24,000 bases of DNA, taken from Acaryochloris marina S15 (GTDB taxonomy: Bacteria; Cyanobacteriota; Cyanobacteriia; Thermosynechococcales; Thermosynechococcaceae). The notes under the pieces are model-generated. The model made no database searches. It had not been told where the DNA came from and was given only the letters and a program-made list of their open reading frames with translations. The stretch spans positions 3,832,388 through 3,856,387 of the forward strand of contig NZ_CP064923.1 in NCBI RefSeq assembly GCF_018336915.1. The letters are read 5' to 3'. The translations under genes and the position numbers were made by a program. Below are positions 8,587 to 14,640 of the stretch, one piece after another (position 1 is the first letter of the stretch; each line of letters begins with the position of its first letter).

Positions 8587-8852
8587 TTTAACGGATTCTG
8601 GGGGATCTCTATTAAGAGCATCTCCAATAGGATGGAGTTCTTATTTCGTAAGCTTTTAAGCCATATTCTTGAAATGATGTTGATCAACTTCTTAAACCCT
8701 GATGTCAATAATATTAGGTTCAAATTGACCCACTCAGTTTTCAGATGGGAGAATTTATTAAATTCCTGCAAGTCATGTGAAATATGGGATTAAAAGCTTT
8801 CTCAGGAACACTTTCTAGGTTTGGATTTTTAAAGACCCCAGAATCCGTTAAA
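8587..8852. repeat. MITE-like unit: 17-bp perfect inverted repeats flanking 232 bp of AT-rich DNA
   Basis: TTTAACGGATTCTGGGG (8587-8603) is the exact reverse complement of CCCCAGAATCCGTTAAA (8836-8852). An inner complementary pair is AAGCTTTTA (near 8651) and TAAAAGCTT (near 8790). The DNA between them shows degenerate complementarity. Confidence 0.55.
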
Positions 8853-9118
8853 ACAAGCAATAACCAGTGTTTAGATATAATTTTCTATAAAAGCACTTTT
8901 ACCACAAGAGATTTTAGCCTTAGAAGAAAATTAAAAAGAGGCTGAAACACCCCATATATGCTGATGCATAATATACTCCCTTTGTATAGTGTGTAAGTCC
9001 CATGTCTAGGGATATTCAGCGATACGCTAGCATGATCAGTATGATGAAAGTATCGGTTTCACATTTGTTTTCAAGATTGCCAGGTTTATTCCAACTCAAT
9101 TTTTAAGCCAATATACCG

Positions 9119-9154
9119 ATATCCAAATCTCTACACTTTACTAATTTTGGATAT
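9119..9154 (+). promoter_or_regulatory. 5'-UTR hairpin immediately upstream of the RRM gene start codon
   Basis: ATATCCAAA (9119-9127) pairs perfectly with TTTGGATAT (9146-9154) around an 18-nt loop. The hairpin ends 6 nt before the ATG at 9161 and covers the expected ribosome-binding region. Confidence 0.4.
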
Positions 9155-9160
9155 AAATTT

Positions 9161-9433
9161 ATGTCGATTTACGTTGGTAACCTCTCATATGACGTTACAG
9201 AGCAAGACCTCAATACCGCTTTTGCAGAATATGGAACTGTAAAAAGTGCAAAGCTCCCCACTGACCGTGAAACAGGTAAGATTCGGGGATTTGGTTTTGT
9301 TGAGATGAGTGATGAAGCTGAGGAAGCCAAAGCTATTGAAGAACTAGACGGTGCTGAATGGATGGGGCGTACCCTGAAAGTAAATCAAGCAAAACCTCGT
9401 GAAGATAGAGGTGGTGGTGGAAATCGCTGGTAG
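9161..9433 (+). CDS. RRM-type RNA-binding protein with short Gly-rich tail (cyanobacterial Rbp class)
   Basis: 90-aa ORF. RNP2 is IYVGNL and RNP1 is RGFGFVEM. The C-terminus is REDRGGGGNRW. Confidence 0.92.
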   Translation: MSIYVGNLSYDVTEQDLNTAFAEYGTVKSAKLPTDRETGKIRGFGFVEMSDEAEEAKAIEELDGAEWMGRTLKVNQAKPREDRGGGGNRW

Positions 9434-9460
9434 AGGTAATTCTCACTAATGGAACCAGTT

Positions 9461-9491
9461 AGGAGGTGAGGTGTGATCATCTCAGCCTCCT
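9461..9491 (+). terminator. Hairpin downstream of the + strand RRM gene (weak terminator candidate)
   Basis: AGGAGGTGAG (9461-9470) pairs with CTCAGCCTCCT (9481-9491), with one bulge. It starts 28 nt after the stop codon. No clear U-tract follows. Confidence 0.3.
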
Positions 9492-9651
9492 TGATAGAAT
9501 ACTGCAGAATAAAGGCTACAAGATTTATGTATTTAGTAAATACATTTTGTCGGAAGTACTTATCTTTAGATGACTCCAAAGGTAGGTTGAAATCATCTCA
9601 GTCTACTACCCATTTTTCTAGGTGCTCCCAAATCTTGAATTCTAAAATGGC

Positions 9652-9966
9652 TCACTTGTGAAAGTTATCAGCCTGAGAAAGACGATCAGTTCTGTGCTCA
9701 CTACCTAATGATGAGACTCTATATTTTTTCTGAGGTCTCGCTTGATCAACCTTCAGATCTCGACCCATCCATTCCGCACCATCAAGGGCTTCAATAGCAG
9801 CTTTTTCTTCAGTATCAGACTCCATATCAATAAAAGCAAAGCCGCGTATATGGCCTTTTTCATCAGTTGGAAGCTTAACTTTTTTTATTGTCCCATATGA
9901 TGAAAATACTGTTTTTAGAGCAATCTCTGTAACGTCATCGGCAAGATTACTAATACGAATTGACAT
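9652..9966 (-). CDS. Divergent RRM-type RNA-binding protein with basic, non-glycine C-terminal extension
   Basis: 104-aa ORF with ATG preceded by TAAAGGAAATGT (Shine-Dalgarno-like AAGGA). RNP2 is IRISNL and RNP1 is RGFAFIDM. The tail is RPQKKYRVSSLGSEHRTDRLSQADNFHK. Confidence 0.88.
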   Translation of the reverse strand: MSIRISNLADDVTEIALKTVFSSYGTIKKVKLPTDEKGHIRGFAFIDMESDTEEKAAIEALDGAEWMGRDLKVDQARPQKKYRVSSLGSEHRTDRLSQADNFHK

Positions 9967-10191
9967 ACATTTCCTTTAATCTTCATTGAGTATTGAAAGT
10001 GGAATTTTGAATTTAAATCTGTTTACTAAAAGCGGATTAGTATTTTTGGCATATAGCTTAATCAATACAACGCACCTAAATTAAACACCCTGTAACTTCT
10101 AATATTGAGATATTAACTAATTGATAGGTAGTGATACTCTAACGCCTCCACTTACCCATATCAGGTTTTGGTAGAAGCTTCCTTCTATTCC

Positions 10192-10410
10192 TCAATCACT
10201 CTTCTCTGTTTGTTTAATGAGAACTTTCGTTTGCCCCACCTCGTCGATATTTATAACGATCTCATCTCCTGCCTTAACACGACTGGTCAGAATTTCCTCA
10301 GCAAGACAATCTTCCAAAAGATGTGTGATCGCTCGACGTAGCGGACGCGCTCCCATCTCAGAATCATAGCCTACATCTACTAGCCGCTCCTTAAACAAAT
10401 CGGTAGTGCG
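10192..10410 (-). pseudogene. clpC: 3'-terminal remnant of a clpC-type Clp/Hsp100 ATPase gene
   Basis: The fragment encodes only about 70 aa: (RTTD)LFKERLVDVGYDSEMGARPLRRAITHLLEDCLAEEILTSRVKAGDEIVINIDEVGQ. This matches the extreme C-terminus (D2-small domain, GARPLRRAI signature) of ClpC proteins of more than 800 aa. The listed M is a TTG, and an in-frame stop lies at 10411-10413. No upstream ClpC sequence is present. Confidence 0.8.
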
Positions 10411-10899
10411 CTAGCGAAGTGTGGGATACACAGCTAAATCGTTCCAAGTCCAAGGATTCAAGGATAGCTCCGCTTTTTGAGCTGTGGGTACGGCTATGGG
10501 TCCAAATCCAGTTGAAATAGCTTATACCAATTAGCACCTAAGAGTGTAATTCTAATTATTTGCTAAGCCAACTCAGTATTGGGTTTCACGAGTTTGAGAG
10601 TTACACCTTCAGGCACAGCTTGGTATTAGGTAGCAATGCTTGCCCGCACGATTGACAACCCTTCCAACCTCAGGGACGAAACTCACTCAGGAGCCTCAAC
10701 CCTAGGTCTCTGTAGGTATCAAAGGCTAGAAACCTAACCTACCGTCAGATTTCTAACACATGATTGAAAGCACCTGGAACTATTGTCCACTCTTCGTTAG
10801 TCCAAACTCAAGTATTAGAGGCTGATACTTAAATCAGGGGGCTGAATACAGATAGATAAGGGGCGATGAAAAGCAATGTAGTTTCAGTAAATCTTTTAC

Positions 10900-12474
10900 C
10901 TATAGCCGCACGCGTTGCCAATTTTTTACTCCACCAAATCGATAGCGAGCAGGCCACTCCACATATTTCAGTAAATCCATCAGACTTGAGACATCTTCTG
11001 GCACAGCTATTCCTGATGTAATTCTTTGATAGGGACACTCTGGATTTTCATCATAGTTGGTGCCATTAAAGCCGTTCAAAAAATTCACATCCCGGTGATA
11101 TAAATTGTTCTGGTCATTAGGAGGGGGACACTTTTTGCTCTTGAGCGCAAGAATAGCTTCCATCCATAACACTCCCTCAACATTCGTATTTCTCCCTCCT
11201 GGACAACCTGGGCCAGTAGTTAGCAATCTTAAGTCGTCAATCGGGAACCAGAGAAAGGCATTTTGAATACAGCTGCGGTCAAAGAGGTTAACTTGACTAT
11301 TCCCTCTGGCCAAAATGCGTAAATCCCCTACTTGAGGGAGTTGATCATCCGTCCGAATATTGAGGATTTTGGCATTATCTCGCAGAGTAATCGCTAATTC
11401 TGGATCAGTACCCCCATAAATGACATCAATTTGGACAGGGCCTCCAGTGGTGTCAATGGTTAATACTTCATCGTTGTCTAAATCAATACTTTCGACATGA
11501 TAGAGGGTTGGGGTCATACTACCGACCCCTTTTAAGGTCGTACTTGTTGTAATGCGGCCGAAGTTTGTTCCTTGAATGGTCGTCGGTAGCTTAGGAGGTA
11601 AGTTGCAAGCAAAAATTTTTCCTTCTACTGTATCGATCGGACTACCATCTGCATCAAAATCCTCCCCATCGGTAGACCAAATAGCATCCAAATAATCAGC
11701 ACGACTGGCATCCTCTGGGGCAGCACTATTCGTGAGGGAAGAATTGGCTGAACCATCAGGATTGTAGTAGATATTCCCCTTACTCCCCAGAACCTCGCGC
11801 CCTCTTAGGGCCAGAGTCCCAGTCTTGACGGCACCATTCGTATTGCGGGAAGCGATAATACCTGGAAAATTGTCTAAATCCGGGGTCACATTAATCGTGA
11901 TTATGATGCCTGTGGCCTGACCATTGGTGGTGGCTTCTACAAATAATGTGCCCTGTTGTTGTTTCGGATCATAGCGATAGGCCTTCAAGGAATAGGTGCC
12001 ATTATCACCAATTGAACCGGAAAATTGGAAATTAGGTACCCCCCAGTTCATTTGCTGGTGGCAGGGTTCATTACTGGGGTTATAGCTGGTCCATTCATCA
12101 ATGAGGGCAGTCTCTTCATCTCCACTATTAAAGCTTCCATCTGCACCTAAATAGGTTTTGCCCGTTTTGATATTGATCGTGTCGTAATTGCGGTTGAGCA
12201 AAATGGCGTTGTTGGGGTTCGTCAGTTGCGCCAAGGTTCTGGCCATTCCCCCTTCAGCTGTGGATAGACTTGCACCGGATTCTTTACGTTGCCAAGACGT
12301 GATGCGATCGCTTTGGGCAGTCATGAGCATTGTGAGTCCCAATACCACCATCACAAAGCCTAAACCCAAGGCCAGGGGTAATGCAAAGCCAGCCTGAACA
12401 CCCCGACGATTTGCAGATTGTGTCTGCTGTAACCACCCACGAATAACAGCAGCGGCAAAGGGATTTATCGGCAT
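10900..12474 (-). CDS. PilX-N-terminal-domain / pseudopilin-like large secreted protein (HpsA-like)
   Basis: 524-aa ORF with ATG start. The N-terminus RRGVQAGFALPLALGLGFVMVVLGLTMLMTAQSD has the G-F start and hydrophobic helix of PilX_N-type minor pilins but lacks Glu5. The rest is Thr/Gly/Asn/Asp-rich with paired Cys, typical of extracellular proteins. Confidence 0.6.
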   Translation of the reverse strand: MPINPFAAAVIRGWLQQTQSANRRGVQAGFALPLALGLGFVMVVLGLTMLMTAQSDRITSWQRKESGASLSTAEGGMARTLAQLTNPNNAILLNRNYDTINIKTGKTYLGADGSFNSGDEETALIDEWTSYNPSNEPCHQQMNWGVPNFQFSGSIGDNGTYSLKAYRYDPKQQQGTLFVEATTNGQATGIIITINVTPDLDNFPGIIASRNTNGAVKTGTLALRGREVLGSKGNIYYNPDGSANSSLTNSAAPEDASRADYLDAIWSTDGEDFDADGSPIDTVEGKIFACNLPPKLPTTIQGTNFGRITTSTTLKGVGSMTPTLYHVESIDLDNDEVLTIDTTGGPVQIDVIYGGTDPELAITLRDNAKILNIRTDDQLPQVGDLRILARGNSQVNLFDRSCIQNAFLWFPIDDLRLLTTGPGCPGGRNTNVEGVLWMEAILALKSKKCPPPNDQNNLYHRDVNFLNGFNGTNYDENPECPYQRITSGIAVPEDVSSLMDLLKYVEWPARYRFGGVKNWQRVRL

Positions 12475-12766
12475 CGAATCATTCCTCTTTGGAAAGGCAG
12501 AGAAAAGGCCTGGAACGCCCTAATATAAGGCAGTTTGATCATGTCAAAAACATGATGCCGATCACTGCAATATGCATCAAACCCAGCCATAGTAAACCTA
12601 GAGGAGGTTAGCAGTTCAACTAAACATTACCTAAAAGCCAGAGCAACCAAATGCTCGTATCCGTCACTTTAACTTATGGGGGGATGAAAATAGAGTGATT
12701 CTTAATTTCGTCTCAACATCAAGAAATTAAACCTATTTTGTAGGTAGTAAGTGGTTAGAGTTGAGT

Positions 12767-12800
12767 AATTTTAGGTGCATTCTGAATTTTTAGGTGTATT
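12767..12800 (+). promoter_or_regulatory. Direct repeat AATTTTAGGTGCATT / AATTTTTAGGTGTATT (core TTTTAGGTG, 19-nt period)
   Basis: The core occurs at 12769-12777 and 12788-12796. A degenerate third copy, TTTTGTAGGTAG, starts at 12736. The repeats lie 100-135 nt upstream of the ATG at 12902, within a divergent intergenic region. Confidence 0.4.
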
Positions 12801-12853
12801 GAACTCATCTGTGCCAGACCGTAAATAGGCATCAGCCTCACCGCTAGATGGCC

Positions 12854-12868
12854 GTGCCAAATTGGCAC
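12854..12868. promoter_or_regulatory. Perfect 15-nt palindrome GTGCCAA-A-TTGGCAC (operator candidate)
   Basis: Seven-bp arms around a single central base. It lies 34-48 nt upstream of the ATG at 12902. Confidence 0.4.
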
Positions 12869-12901
12869 AATCCCAATTGACGAAAATTTTTGGAGTGGAA
12901 T

Positions 12902-13303
12902 ATGTCGAGAAGCAAATCAATCTTATCTTTAGGAAGTTGCGCTTTCGTTGCCCTGAGCGCAATGTTACCCCTGGGTGCCCAGGCCCAAGCGGATCCCTCT
13001 CAGTTAGGAATTCCTGAAGAGACAACATTTGCTATCATTACGCGAATGAGTGATACTGTGGCCGCCCGTATCTCAGCCTCCTCCTGCAAAGATACTCGCA
13101 ATCTGTTGAAAGAGATGCGTAAGAGCAAAGGCAGCAAAACCTCAGAGCTATCTTTAGAAGGTCAATTGCTAGCCTCGGCCCAAACCCAACCTAAGTTGCA
13201 GCAAGTTGTGGCCAATCGAGTGGGTACAGCCTTGGCCCTTAAACTCATGCAGTGCAACATGATGAATCCTGATACTTTGGGTGCTTTGTTTAACCAGAAA
13301 TAG
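12902..13303 (+). CDS. Small secreted protein of unknown function (133 aa)
   Basis: The track ORF begins at a TTG (12890). The ATG at 12902 is preceded by GGAGTGG (Shine-Dalgarno-like). It has a signal-peptide-like N-terminus, MSRSKSILSLGSCAFVALSAMLPLGAQA|QA. The mature part is helical and charged with two Cys. Confidence 0.65.
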   Translation: MSRSKSILSLGSCAFVALSAMLPLGAQAQADPSQLGIPEETTFAIITRMSDTVAARISASSCKDTRNLLKEMRKSKGSKTSELSLEGQLLASAQTQPKLQQVVANRVGTALALKLMQCNMMNPDTLGALFNQK

Positions 13304-14629
13304 TTAGACCACCACTTTGTTCTCTAGGACATTTTGCTGAGCCTGATGAACTCGATTTCGACCTGAAGTCTTAGCTCCATAGAGTGCCTGATCTGCTTGT
13401 TTGATCAGGTGCTCTTTCGTTTGGGCATCAGCCGGGAAGGTTGCAACGCCTAAACTAGCCGTCATTTCTACCTGCTGCAAGGAGGGCAGAATTACGGTCT
13501 CCTCAGCAATGGCTAGACGGATGCGATCTGCGATCGCAACACTATCATCACTATTGGTCTTAGGAAGAATGACCGCAAACTCCTCGCCCCCGTATCGACA
13601 AACAATATCCCCTGGTCGCACTTCCCGCTGCAGGAGTTGAGCTACTTCACAAAGGGCCAAATCCCCGGCCTGATGGCCAAAGGTATCATTGAGCTGCTTG
13701 AAATGATCAATATCCACCATGATCAGCGAAACTTGATCGGTATTGCGCTGGGATTTCTCCACTTCCACCCTCAACCAGCGATTGAATTCCCGCCGATTGT
13801 AAACCTCCGTTAGACCATCCAACGTGGCTAAACGGTACAAGTCTTTTTGGCTTTGCTCCAGCTTGGTCGCCATCAGGTTAAAGGTTTCTGCCAAATGACT
13901 CAATTCATCGCCTGAGGCCAAAGCAATCCGATGGCTCAATTCTCCCTTACCTAATTTTTCAACCCCTTCCTCCAAAGTTTGCAGTGGAACTGTAATAGAG
14001 CGAGACAGTCCATAGGCAAACACGATTGCTAGCGCCAACGCCAAACCACAAATCATAGCGATGAGCTGTCTAACTTCTTTGCGAACGGCTTTTGCTTGGT
14101 TGGTATTGGCATCATTTTGAAACACAATTAACCGATAATTCAGTTGTTGGACATCTTGCAAAATCATTCTGAGCTGGTCTTGCAGCTCAACTCTGGTAGA
14201 TTGTGTATTTCCTGATTCAGAAATAGAGGGATCTAGGAGTTGTTTACACAGCTGGGAAATTCGTTGCCATTTTCGCTGTATTTCTAGAACAGAATTAAAT
14301 TGGTGTGGATCATGGTGGGAGAATTCTAAGAGCCTTTCCAAACTATTTGTGATGGCCTGACTTTTTTCCTGATACTTATCCCAAGTCATGGGGCGAGATG
14401 GCCCTACCGGAGATGCCACCACATTTAAATCTAGAAATAATCCCTCAACCTCGGCCAGGGGGAACAAGGCTTCCCGACCCAAATTATCGTGCTTATCAAA
14501 ACTACCTAATGCCCCTTCAAAGGAAATGATTGCCCCTGTAGCCAGCATGAGTAAGGGCACAAGCATGGCCCCTAAGCCCAATCGTAGGCGTTGGTTTAGG
14601 GAGGTTTTAGGTGTGGACCAAAAGGGCAT
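13304..14629 (-). CDS. Membrane sensor diguanylate cyclase (2 TM + periplasmic region + HAMP + GGDEF)
   Basis: 441-aa ORF with ATG start. TM1 is LGLGAMLVPLLMLATGAIISF and TM2 is LIAMICGLALALAIVFAYGL. The HAMP segment is PLQTLEEGVEKLGKGELSHRI...FNLMATKLE. The active-site motif is GGEEF, with an RxxD I-site (RPGD) exactly 5 residues upstream. Confidence 0.9.
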   Translation of the reverse strand: MPFWSTPKTSLNQRLRLGLGAMLVPLLMLATGAIISFEGALGSFDKHDNLGREALFPLAEVEGLFLDLNVVASPVGPSRPMTWDKYQEKSQAITNSLERLLEFSHHDPHQFNSVLEIQRKWQRISQLCKQLLDPSISESGNTQSTRVELQDQLRMILQDVQQLNYRLIVFQNDANTNQAKAVRKEVRQLIAMICGLALALAIVFAYGLSRSITVPLQTLEEGVEKLGKGELSHRIALASGDELSHLAETFNLMATKLEQSQKDLYRLATLDGLTEVYNRREFNRWLRVEVEKSQRNTDQVSLIMVDIDHFKQLNDTFGHQAGDLALCEVAQLLQREVRPGDIVCRYGGEEFAVILPKTNSDDSVAIADRIRLAIAEETVILPSLQQVEMTASLGVATFPADAQTKEHLIKQADQALYGAKTSGRNRVHQAQQNVLENKVVV

Positions 14630-14640
14630 AGAAGTACTGG

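Noticed and set aside
8553-8771. 72-aa ORF in the AT-rich non-coding region.
   Set aside because: It has a TTG start, no Shine-Dalgarno sequence and an Asn/Ile/Leu/Lys-rich low-complexity product. It also spans one arm of the 17-bp inverted repeat.
9385-9661. ORFs 9385..9579 (-) and 9473..9661 (+) between the convergent rbp genes.
   Set aside because: They overlap gene ends or terminator-like structures, have no motifs, and read as AT-rich noise.
10470-10520. tRNA-like T-loop resemblance (GGGTCCAAATCC).
   Set aside because: The flanking bases do not form a T-stem or acceptor stem, and no cloverleaf could be built by eye.
10829-11038. 69-aa ORF overlapping the 3' end of the PilX-like gene.
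   Set aside because: It is an alternative frame of a better-supported 524-aa gene.
12537-12557. Small inverted repeat ATCATGT-CAAAA-ACATGAT upstream of the PilX-like gene.
   Set aside because: A 7-bp stem is too short to distinguish from chance in a 400-bp region.
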